From the sequence record OM456492.1: 64,000 nt of DNA; one strand, given 5' to 3'. Position 1 is the stretch's first letter. Each line of letters opens with the position of its first letter. The translations under genes were made by a program, and so were the position numbers. This document shows positions 19,776-28,371 of the stretch, piece by piece. The notes beneath the pieces are model-generated. The model was not told the DNA's origin, searched no databases, and worked only from the letters and a program-made list of their open reading frames with translations.

Positions 19776-20430
19776 CGATCCCTACGATTGGCTGCGTTTG
19801 AGCTTGGGCTTGCGCCGAAGTCTCTGCAGCTGTCGCCGTGTTTTTACCGCCAGTAATTTTATCGACGTATTCAACCAACCCTTCCGGATATGGCAATTGA
19901 CCACCCACACCGTAGCGTCGGAAAATCCAGTTCAGCAAGTCAATAATGTACTTCGCACGAACTGAATTTTCAGCCAGAGACATATTTTCGATCCCGGTTA
20001 GGGTGTAATCGATCATCTTGTACATCTGGGTTTCACCGACGGTTGCAATCACATCAACCTGACGACGGATGTACTCAGTCTCATCGGAGAGGGAAGGTTC
20101 GCCGTCAACGGTGATTAACGAGCGGCCGGTGTTCAGCAGAGCGGGGATGGTAAATAGCAGTTTGCTATTATCAGCATCGTCCACAATCTGTAGGGGTACA
20201 AATGGACTTCCTACGTAAGCCGTCCAGGTCTCTTCGTTAAAAGTACCATCAAGCATCCCGGACAACAGTGGTAAGCCCTGACGTCGGAACTGTGCTTCGG
20301 TGAAGACGCTACAGACGTTCTGGCTTTCCGCCAAATCCTTTTCAATCTCTTTGAGTTTGTTATACTCAAAGCGCATCTGCTCATTCATCTGACTTAACGG
20401 TACACCGTTAAATGTAGGTTCCTGGCTCAT
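19756..20430 (-). CDS. Conserved hypothetical protein (224 aa)
   Basis: Overlapping operon arrangement, GAGGA SD. Confidence 0.7.
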   Translation of the reverse strand: MSQEPTFNGVPLSQMNEQMRFEYNKLKEIEKDLAESQNVCSVFTEAQFRRQGLPLLSGMLDGTFNEETWTAYVGSPFVPLQIVDDADNSKLLFTIPALLNTGRSLITVDGEPSLSDETEYIRRQVDVIATVGETQMYKMIDYTLTGIENMSLAENSVRAKYIIDLLNWIFRRYGVGGQLPYPEGLVEYVDKITGGKNTATAAETSAQAQAQTQPIVGIGDGEDY

Positions 20431-20852
20431 TACATATCCTCAATCGCACTCGACTCGGTATCCACGTACCGCTCAACATCGTACCATTCACCGTCTACAA
20501 CTTCTTGCACACGGACACTAATGAAGATGCGGTAGCGCACATCTGAATCTTTTAAAAACTCCCAGCTGGTTTCAACTTCAACGCCAGCAGGAAATACGTT
20601 CCCGTAGAGGTTCTCCAAATCCATTTTAATCTGGGCAACCATCCCGTCGGGATCTTGTGCAAACACAGCTTGCGTATACGCAAGTGATTTAATGTTCCCA
20701 CGATAAACCACCGATTGGCTATAGCCAGACTCGGTGTAATGGTTCATCAACTCACGCGCCTTTTCCTGGGGTGTACGTGCCCAGCCACGTGTGGATAAGG
20801 TTCCTACCGCAATCATGTTAGCTCCTGTCAAATTCAAGGTAGGATGCTGCAT
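20430..20852 (-). CDS. Possible T4 gp25-like baseplate wedge / sheath initiator protein
   Basis: 140 aa; IKMDLENLYGNVFP..VEVET..YRIFISVRV pattern. Confidence 0.45.
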   Translation of the reverse strand: MQHPTLNLTGANMIAVGTLSTRGWARTPQEKARELMNHYTESGYSQSVVYRGNIKSLAYTQAVFAQDPDGMVAQIKMDLENLYGNVFPAGVEVETSWEFLKDSDVRYRIFISVRVQEVVDGEWYDVERYVDTESSAIEDM

Positions 20853-20869
20853 ACAGCCCCCAGTGAAGA

Positions 20870-20898
20870 AAAAAAGAGGGGCCGAAGCCCCTCTTTTT
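20870..20898. terminator. Terminator with TTCG loop
   Basis: AAAAAGAGGGGC-CGAA-GCCCCTCTTTTT. Confidence 0.8.
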
Positions 20899-21479
20899 TA
20901 ACACGTCGCGCCAAGTTCCGAACAGGGATCACCATCTTCCCAGTCGAAAGCTGACATGCGTGCCCAGTTAAGTTGAATATCCACTTTATCGATTCGACTC
21001 AGTCGTACTGCACGATCTTCATTGGTAGCCCATTGCCAAATCTTATCTTCATCGTACTTCGTCGAAATGCCCGATGTTGCTTCGCGGAAGTGGTCATCGG
21101 TACGCATATACGCATTGCCTTTGAACACATCCAACCGCGAAAAGCCGTTCTCATAACCAGTCGCCATACCGTCATTATACAACTTACGATATTCCGGCAT
21201 GGCAACGAGGAATGGCTGTAAAGCAGCATTGGCGAACTGGAATTCACCCAACTCTTCGATCTGTCTTACCATCTCCACCGCATCGCTATAACGTAACTTA
21301 CGTGCGGTACTGAATGTTTCACGGAAACGCTCCAGTGAGATTAAGTCCTGACAATGTTCTTTTACACGGTCAACGAGATCGGGTGCCAGGCTAGACAGCG
21401 AAAACGATTCTTTGAATACGCTGAGTGCCCCGCTACCTTCGGTCTGTTTCGTCCACACCGTGCTACCTTGTAGCCACAT
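20898..21479 (-). CDS. Conserved hypothetical protein (193 aa)
   Basis: GGAG SD; follows RNAP exon 2. Confidence 0.7.
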   Translation of the reverse strand: MWLQGSTVWTKQTEGSGALSVFKESFSLSSLAPDLVDRVKEHCQDLISLERFRETFSTARKLRYSDAVEMVRQIEELGEFQFANAALQPFLVAMPEYRKLYNDGMATGYENGFSRLDVFKGNAYMRTDDHFREATSGISTKYDEDKIWQWATNEDRAVRLSRIDKVDIQLNWARMSAFDWEDGDPCSELGATC

Positions 21480-21492
21480 TACAATACTCCTA

Positions 21493-21720
21493 TTAGCCCA
21501 TCACCGCTTCCAACGGAATGCCTTCTTCATCGTCCTCATCTGTCTCAATAAGGAACTGGTTCTGCATACTGATTAGCTCGTTATGTAAAACCATGCCGTG
21601 TTCTACGCGGTCCACATCAGTAGAAGACATAAAGCCGTTATCTGGACGGAATTGGAGCGCCAACTTCATCTCAGTTTCATCGACTGGCAAACGTACCTGG
21701 AACTGGTCACCATCAAAATC
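21493..21720 (-). CDS. nvRNAP beta'-like N-terminal subunit, exon 2 (starts DFDGDQ)
   Basis: Carries the catalytic DFDGD; begins right after the intron terminal G at 21721. Confidence 0.88.
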   Translation of the reverse strand, partial: DFDGDQFQVRLPVDETEMKLALQFRPDNGFMSSTDVDRVEHGMVLHNELISMQNQFLIETDEDDEEGIPLEAVMG

Positions 21721-23124
21721 CTGTTTGTCCACTCCAATCCTTTTGGAGCAGGTGTGTAGTAACACCCTCCCTAACTTTCATTAGGGCACAGACCATACCT
21801 TAGCCATGAGCTTTCGCTTTTAGGCTCCTCCCCACTTCGGCGCTATTCTAAGCACCTACGAGCATTTCAGCTCCGGTCGTTGAACGTTCCTCTTACGAGG
21901 CTTCGCTGCTGATTACCCATTGTTAAAACCCTTAGCAGTATTGTTTAGCATAGGTCATCTCATTACTTGTTTCCGACTTTCGTCTCCACTTGGGCAAATG
22001 AGCTTTAGGGGTTCCCAGCAATTCAGGGAGATACACATCAGAGGTTTCCCGTCTGATGGGGCAAGGCTATTCTGCTGTTAAATATTGAACTTCAAATTGT
22101 TTGTACTTTCCGGTTTGTGAGACTGCTTTGGCCACAGTGTTTCTTTTCACACCAATCGCGTTTGAAAACTCTTGCAAAGAATTCCAAATGGTTTTGATGT
22201 TAGTGGTCGTATCAGTCACACGCACCATCGACGGTACACGTTTTGGCATTTGTGATTGTGGTCTGGGTTTGCGGAGATCGATCATGTCAGTTATGGCAAC
22301 ATCGATACCCACCATGTACCACGCCTCATATCCAAACTTAGTCAAATCGACGGAACCGCCGTTGAGATGGGAATAGATGAGGTGTGGTTTTATACCCACG
22401 TATTCGGCTGCTGCCGGTACAGACGAGAACAGGAAATATGGTTCCTTACCAACTTTTCTGATGACCAGTCCTTTATTACCTGGTCCTGAGTTCTTACCAA
22501 TAGAATTCTTGGTGAGAATCCAGTCGTCTTCCGGTACCTTGACTTCAAACACATCATTTAGCGTGTATTGACGATTAAGCCCACGCGCGATCGAGCTTGA
22601 AACCAAGTGCCGATTAACGCCGATATACTCAGCCGCCTTAGTCATGCTACGGAACTGAACTATATCGCCGGTCTCGAGATTTCTGACATCGACAATAATG
22701 TTGTCAGTTCTTAGACCAGTATCGAAAGCATGATTAACATTTTCCTTTCGATAACACCACTCAAGGTTTACCACAGATGGATTACTCTTAACACCATCAC
22801 GATGGTTAACCTCGTCACCACATTTATCCAGGAACACAGTCGCAACAATTCGATGTAAATGGGTTTCGCCTTTACAACCGCGCACTCCCAGGTATCCACT
22901 TTTGAGAATGAAGACTGGTAGCGGCGTGACCATACCTTTTACTTTACAGTCGCCCAACGCATCAACAAAGAGATCACGATAGACTGGGTGTCTGTAATAC
23001 CCCTTAAAAACATACGAGGGCTCTAAATCATCGCGTAGTTTCCTACTCAACTTTTCAATAATCACAATTTATTCCCTATTACCAGTCACCGACTAAGAAT
23101 AAGGAATAGCAGAATAACACTTTT
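21721..23124 (-). mobile_element. Group I self-splicing intron (1404 nt) with HNH homing endonuclease
   Basis: 5' exon ends in U (AACGGT), intron ends in G. Core elements: P AATTGCTGGGAAC (22011-22023), Q AATCAGCAG (~21906-21914), R GTTCAACGACC (21875-21885), S AAGGTATGGTCT (21790-21801), with GACC/GGTC P7 pairing. Confidence 0.9.
22067..23065 (-). CDS. Intron-encoded HNH homing endonuclease with three NUMOD1/IENR1-like HTH repeats
   Basis: HLHRIVATVF..VNHRDGVKSNPSVVNLEW HNH motif; repeats FRSMTKAAEYIGV, FSSVPAAAEYVGI, WNSLQEFSNAIGV; GTG start; AT-richer than flanks. Confidence 0.92.
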   Translation of the reverse strand: MIIEKLSRKLRDDLEPSYVFKGYYRHPVYRDLFVDALGDCKVKGMVTPLPVFILKSGYLGVRGCKGETHLHRIVATVFLDKCGDEVNHRDGVKSNPSVVNLEWCYRKENVNHAFDTGLRTDNIIVDVRNLETGDIVQFRSMTKAAEYIGVNRHLVSSSIARGLNRQYTLNDVFEVKVPEDDWILTKNSIGKNSGPGNKGLVIRKVGKEPYFLFSSVPAAAEYVGIKPHLIYSHLNGGSVDLTKFGYEAWYMVGIDVAITDMIDLRKPRPQSQMPKRVPSMVRVTDTTTNIKTIWNSLQEFSNAIGVKRNTVAKAVSQTGKYKQFEVQYLTAE

Positions 23125-24492
23125 ACCGTTAGCCATCTTTATCACACGGTCAGAGATACGCAGCGAACACTGGTTAACATCGGTAACAACTTCGTCGATG
23201 AACAGCGTCTGAATAGACAACTGTACCAGCGTTGGGTTACGTAGCGGTATGACCATGATCCCAAGACCACCTGGGGATTCACGAATCAGTTCTTTAAAGA
23301 TTTCATCTACAAGCGGGTCATACTGCATTGCCGCTTTTGCAACGATACGTTCACATTGCCGTGACGAATAACCCCGTCGTAGCAATTTATTCTCGATGTG
23401 GGTCGACATCAACCCAACCATCCAACGCCATGGTGCTTTTAACTTCCAGGCATCGTGTGGTTCTGAGATAGGTGAGATGGTTGCACGACCACCGAACGGG
23501 ATATGGGTGGAACCCAATTTCGCGCGATAGTCACCCGGTTTACCTTCCATAGACTCACGACGGAAGTCCATGTGGAAGTACGTTAACTGACGGTTCGCTT
23601 TCAAAGCACGACTAATCAGAAAACGTGGTTCGATCGCTTTACGTCGCGTATAAAGCAACGCGATATTTTTCACCGCATCAATAGCACCCGTGAACACTGG
23701 GTCTACCATGACACCACGACGACCTTCCTCAGTAACGATAAGTTTAGAGGAGATTAGCGGTAAGTGTCTTGGGAAGAATGCGTGGCGTTGCGTTTCGAAT
23801 AGCTCCTTCCATTGTAAACGTAAGCGTTCACCTTCAGCGGCGTTATGCCGATTAGGTGCGAAGATTTCCTTCCAGGCTTCTGGCGTGGTAAGGATGTTAA
23901 AGATACTAACGTGGTTATCAACCAGATTGCGCAAGCCACGAACGAAACCATGTTCTTCCAATACACGTTTCACAGCATGTGCGCGTTTACCGTCTGGTTC
24001 TTCTATACGGTAATACGGGTCAATCATCCACATCATCAAGTCATTACCGCGTTCGATAGTGACCTTGTTACGTTCAAACTTCTTCAACTTGCTATTAAAG
24101 AAAGCATTGAACATTGCCCAGAATCGTGGGTTGACGAAGTTACCCATTTCATCAGGTGCACGTAACCAGACATCGGATTCAATTCGATATTCAGTTACAA
24201 CATAGCCACACGTCGGACACTTACAACCGAGATTGTAACGATGCGCGATCGGTGCCGGACAATCCAAACTACAAATCGGTGCAGAGTTCAGTTCTTCGTC
24301 AACGATTCTGTTCTGTACCATGCGATCGATAAGTTCAGCAACCTCGATCGCATCCCCGTTAACAGCGACATCGTTAATAATAGTGGGTGGTTTAATACCT
24401 TTGGCAGCAGCTTCTATTTGCAAATCGGACAAATAGTTATCCTGACTAACCAACCGGCCGGATATTCCGTAGAATTTTGGTACCTTTCTCAC
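23125..24492 (-). CDS. nvRNAP beta'-like N-terminal subunit, exon 1 (phiKZ gp55-like); spliced product 531 aa
   Basis: Zn-ribbon CSLDC..CKCPTC, GKPGDYRAKLGST, RATISP, LRNPTL; ends KMANG before the intron. Confidence 0.9.
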
Positions 24493-24506
24493 TCTGTCAA
24501 CCTCAA

Positions 24507-24551
24507 CAAAAAAAGAGGGAAGGACGGAGGCGTTAGCCCCCGTCCGTTTCC
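24507..24551 (-). terminator. Terminator-like hairpin after chimallin
   Basis: GGACGG/CCGTCC stem with T tract on the minus strand. Confidence 0.65.
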
Positions 24552-24574
24552 TAACTACTCAGTAACCGATTCGA

Positions 24575-26428
24575 TTACAGTTTGAAGTTGCTCAGAGACA
24601 CGCCCAGACCGAAATCGGAACCGCTTGCAGACAGGCCGTTGCCAGACAGCGTGAAGTCTTCCCCACCGTTGTTGAAGAACAGAGAGGTCGCCATCGTGTT
24701 GTAGGCATTTACACCAGTCATAGACCAGGTGCAGTTGTTACGGACGAAGTCCAGCAGGCATTTACCGAAGATCGGGTTGATAGCCATATCCAGAGATTCA
24801 CCGGTAGCTTGCGGTGCTTTGGATGCGAACAGAGAAGCGGCCAGTTTCAGCATGTAGATACGCTGTTGACGCTCGTTCAGTTCACGGTGGCTGTAGGACT
24901 GTGCGTTCAGGTAGCTATAGACGTCGTTCGCGTTATCACCCAGTTTGGTAACAACGGAAATCAGGTCCATATCCTGGAAGCTACGTTTCTGTGCAGTACC
25001 GGTGTAAACACCGGAAACAGTCGGTACGGCTGCTTTCACGATGTGGCTGCAATGGATGGTACCATTGAAGGCATCGCCCAGCTGTGCTTTCAGTGCAGAA
25101 GCAAATACTGCAGTGAAGCTGGTCGCTGCAACAACTTCGCCGTTCTGATCACGCGGGGACATGGAATTCAGAATAGCGAGCAGCTGTTTCAGAGAGTTGT
25201 CGTAACCGACCGCAATTTCAGACAGCATAGTAGACAGACCACCCAGACCGTTACCGGCACGATGGCTAACTACCAGTGCTGCTTCACGCGGTGCGAACAT
25301 ATCCAGGCAACCTTCGATAGCTTCACGGCTACCGTCGATTTTGGATACATCAGGACGAGCGTCAGCACCCCAGGACAGGTATTCTGCCACACGGGAGAAC
25401 TTGCGATCTTGTTTGTTCAGACGTTTCACAAACAGGTCACGCCAGCCACCGATTGCCGCGATTTCTGCAAATGCAGCCAGCAGCAGCAGTTGACGTTCAT
25501 ACGGTGCCATTGCACCTTCAGTTTGAGAATCGACCAGACTTACTACGATTTCAGCCTGCAGCTGTTTCAGGTCGTAGACGCCGTTAACGACAGGCTTCTG
25601 ACCGGTGAAACGCATATTGACGAAACCGGTACCGGATACACGCGGATACACCTGTACCTGATTGGTGTCCAGCAGAGTCGGAGTGGCATCGGTTACGTTG
25701 CTTGGGCTGTGCTCAACGGTGATTGCGAAATCAGCACGTTGTGCGTGGCCGTTAGCATCCACAACCGCGCCATCTTCCAGCGGCATTACTGAGGCCTGAT
25801 AACGGTCATGCTTACGCAGGTTCAGTGTACCCAGGTAGCCTGCGATACGACCGAAGATTCCCATCATCATCTGACCCATCAGGGTACGTGCCCACTCAGC
25901 ATCCAGAACTTTACCCAAGTCTGGTACGGAGTTGATGATCATGAAGTTCGCATTGGTCAGACCATGCGCTTCCATGATGTTTTTCTGTACTACTGCCAGC
26001 ACGTCTTTGTTGAACAGTTCAGTGATGGTGTAGTAGTCTTCCTGGCCGTTGTTGGTGGTTTCTTTCAGACGCAGAGACTGACCGCGTTCAAAGAAGATAA
26101 TACCGTACAGCCAGTGGCCCTGCCATTGGCCTGCGACGTACGCCGCGGAACCCATTTCGTTACCCACGCCGACGATGGTGCCCCAGCGGAATGCGTTGAG
26201 GTATTCGTTGCTTTTCTTCAGCTCATCCAGGAGGTTGGTGAAGTGCATTGCATAAGTGCTGATGTTGCGGATGCCAAATGCGTTATCGAATTGGCTGACA
26301 GTAGAAGTACCCGGCACAGCAGTTTGCACTTTTACAGTCTCGTTGCCCAGACCGCCCAGTGGTGCGGTGTCTTGAGTCTGAGTGTTGTTCTGCTGAGCGT
26401 TGTTGTTAGAGTCAACGATTTTTACCAT
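24575..26428 (-). CDS. chmA: Chimallin, major phage nuclear shell protein (phiKZ gp54-like)
   Basis: 617 aa; directly upstream of nvRNAP beta'N and near the DNA polymerase (Chimalliviridae core order); codon bias of a highly expressed gene; AAGGAA SD. Confidence 0.8.
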   Translation of the reverse strand: MVKIVDSNNNAQQNNTQTQDTAPLGGLGNETVKVQTAVPGTSTVSQFDNAFGIRNISTYAMHFTNLLDELKKSNEYLNAFRWGTIVGVGNEMGSAAYVAGQWQGHWLYGIIFFERGQSLRLKETTNNGQEDYYTITELFNKDVLAVVQKNIMEAHGLTNANFMIINSVPDLGKVLDAEWARTLMGQMMMGIFGRIAGYLGTLNLRKHDRYQASVMPLEDGAVVDANGHAQRADFAITVEHSPSNVTDATPTLLDTNQVQVYPRVSGTGFVNMRFTGQKPVVNGVYDLKQLQAEIVVSLVDSQTEGAMAPYERQLLLLAAFAEIAAIGGWRDLFVKRLNKQDRKFSRVAEYLSWGADARPDVSKIDGSREAIEGCLDMFAPREAALVVSHRAGNGLGGLSTMLSEIAVGYDNSLKQLLAILNSMSPRDQNGEVVAATSFTAVFASALKAQLGDAFNGTIHCSHIVKAAVPTVSGVYTGTAQKRSFQDMDLISVVTKLGDNANDVYSYLNAQSYSHRELNERQQRIYMLKLAASLFASKAPQATGESLDMAINPIFGKCLLDFVRNNCTWSMTGVNAYNTMATSLFFNNGGEDFTLSGNGLSASGSDFGLGVSLSNFKL

Positions 26429-26474
26429 TTTAAATATTCCTTAATAGTGATTGCAATCATAGTTCGGTTCGCAG

Positions 26475-26485
26475 AGATAATATCT
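26475..26485 (-). promoter_or_regulatory. Promoter motif AGATATTATCT, proximal to chimallin
   Basis: Matches the recurrent motif, 47 nt upstream of the ATG. Confidence 0.6.
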
Positions 26486-26567
26486 GCCTGTAATATCATG
26501 GAATGCAAGTATGCCGTCGCTTACTTACAAGGCACATAGTCCAGACATTTCTCAGGAACTGTCACAT

Positions 26568-26582
26568 AGATAATATCAATCT
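26568..26582 (-). promoter_or_regulatory. Promoter motif AGATTGATATTATCT, distal to chimallin
   Basis: One mismatch to the 15-mer motif. Confidence 0.6.
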
Positions 26583-26634
26583 GAGATATTTTTGACTGTG
26601 ACTGACTTCCTATGTGGAATCTAAGGAGTCTGCC

Positions 26635-27702
26635 ATGTTCAGCCAAGCCGAGTTAAACCAAGTGGCCATAAAGGGTCACAGCACGGACCCCTCCGCTATA
26701 ACATTAGCGGCTCACGTAAAAAACAACAGCCAGCGTATACGCAACTACTTCGAACAGCTTAATCGCAGTGCTGGTAATGGCCATTTGTTGCAACAGCTGT
26801 TGTCTGCCATCGGCTATGCCGGTGAACCAGAGTACGAAGACATCGAATGGGCTTGCCGTCGCAAGCTTGTTCAGATCGGTAACGCCTTACGCTTGACGTC
26901 TGTTGGTGAGTACGGTCAAATCTTTAATAGCAAGTTTATCCAGGGCCAAGATGAGGTAATCTCTCTCGTAGCCCGCCCAGTAAATCCAGACCTTTCGTTC
27001 CGCGACTACACCCCCGCCCGTTACCTCTACCATGAGTATACCAACCTCAATTGGAAGTTCGGTGACGGACGGCCCCGAGGTGTTACGGTGATCGAAATCA
27101 ACCTGGTTGCTTTGCTTTGGCAATATGTCAAAGGTCAGCAACACTACAGTCGCGGTACCGAACCTATTGCCACACCTGTGTATCTCCAACGACATGTGAT
27201 CTCTCGCATGTTGCCGAGCTACATGGATATCGCCTTTGTAAATATACATCGTGCGATAGCCTTCGGGAAAGAGATTGAACCGGATGAAACATTACGTGTC
27301 ATTCCTGTTCCGCCGCTTCAAGCTTTAGCTGTGAAGCACGCAAAAGGCATCCGTAGTAAACTACTGGCTACCAACCCGTTACCGGGACAAGTCTTAAACA
27401 ACATCCCATTGTTCTTCCAACACCCTGATGAAGAAGGCCACACTGCACTGGAACTGATTGTCTTTCGAGAACCAGGTCAAACACTGCAGAACACCTGGCA
27501 CCAGAACATGGTGAACTGGTACTGGGCACTGTTTTGTCTTCAATACAACCAGGGGAATATGGAGAAACACAAACGTACGATGTTGGTTGATTTGGCGCGT
27601 TATGTGGACTCTAAAGTCCTCACACGTTTGACCAAATCCTTCTATAACTTCATCCAACGCGATTTGATTATCCCGTTGATGACAGAGCTAGAAGAAAAAT
27701 AA
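26635..27702 (+). CDS. Conserved jumbo-phage protein, probably virion-associated
   Basis: AAGGAG SD before ATG 26635; TATG late-promoter-like sequence upstream; divergent from chimallin. Confidence 0.7.
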   Translation: MFSQAELNQVAIKGHSTDPSAITLAAHVKNNSQRIRNYFEQLNRSAGNGHLLQQLLSAIGYAGEPEYEDIEWACRRKLVQIGNALRLTSVGEYGQIFNSKFIQGQDEVISLVARPVNPDLSFRDYTPARYLYHEYTNLNWKFGDGRPRGVTVIEINLVALLWQYVKGQQHYSRGTEPIATPVYLQRHVISRMLPSYMDIAFVNIHRAIAFGKEIEPDETLRVIPVPPLQALAVKHAKGIRSKLLATNPLPGQVLNNIPLFFQHPDEEGHTALELIVFREPGQTLQNTWHQNMVNWYWALFCLQYNQGNMEKHKRTMLVDLARYVDSKVLTRLTKSFYNFIQRDLIIPLMTELEEK

Positions 27703-27754
27703 GACTTACTCTCTCCTCGCGAACACTCTTTCGAGTATTCATACTATATACAAA

Positions 27755-27792
27755 AACTACACACTTCGGTGTGTAGTTCTTTTTTATTTTTT
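27755..27792 (+). terminator. Intrinsic terminator
   Basis: AACTACACAC-TTCG-GTGTGTAGTT followed by a T tract. Confidence 0.85.
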
Positions 27793-27801
27793 GTCTGTCT
27801 A

Positions 27802-27999
27802 CTATTTTATCGTCTCCGTGAGATCACTTGCGTACGGTTTACCCCACACAGTGATGCTACGTTTCCGTTTGGCATCCAATGCCGTGATATGCACCGTTTC
27901 GCCTGCCTGATGCAACTCAATATCCACACAACCTCGTTCTTCGAGGTCGCGACGGATTGCGGTTATCATCTCTGTGGACTTCCCACTATTTCGATACAT
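27802..27999 (-). CDS. Small hypothetical protein
   Basis: 65-aa ORF in the polymerase operon direction. Confidence 0.45.
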   Translation of the reverse strand: MYRNSGKSTEMITAIRRDLEERGCVDIELHQAGETVHITALDAKRKRSITVWGKPYASDLTETIK

Positions 28000-28267
28000 A
28001 CCCTTCCACCCGTACGTTTAAACCGCCTATTGCTGCAAACCAACCGTCGAGAGGATTGTCAAATTGCTTGTCAATAGACACAACCGGTTTCACGGTTTTC
28101 CAACGATCATCGCGTGACGATACTGAACCTTCACACGATGCCATTGTTTGAAACTGCGTTGGCAAAGACAACACATGCTGCCGTACCAGGTTAGGCTGGC
28201 TGTGCAAATAGAGCTGTCGCCAGCCCCAGTTATTTGCTTTACTGTTTCGTTTCGACACAATGTTCAT
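27986..28267 (-). CDS. Small hypothetical protein
   Basis: 93-aa ORF, AAGGA SD, overlaps its neighbours. Confidence 0.45.
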   Translation of the reverse strand: MNIVSKRNSKANNWGWRQLYLHSQPNLVRQHVLSLPTQFQTMASCEGSVSSRDDRWKTVKPVVSIDKQFDNPLDGWFAAIGGLNVRVEGYVSK

Positions 28268-28371
28268 CCTTTAGATAAGATAACCAAAGATTGAGTAGCG
28301 CCGTCGGTACCGGTGCTGGGTCCACCCACGTAACGGTTATTGTTTGTGGTACACACGATCGTGACTTATTC

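Noticed and set aside
21493-21765. Stand-alone 90-aa ORF (MLLHTCSKR...)
   Set aside because: Its first 14 codons are intron 3' end; the real coding part starts at 21720.
24809-26539. Long plus-strand ORFs (327 and 243 aa) opposite chimallin
   Set aside because: Antisense shadows of a strongly codon-biased gene; no SD and no recognisable motifs.
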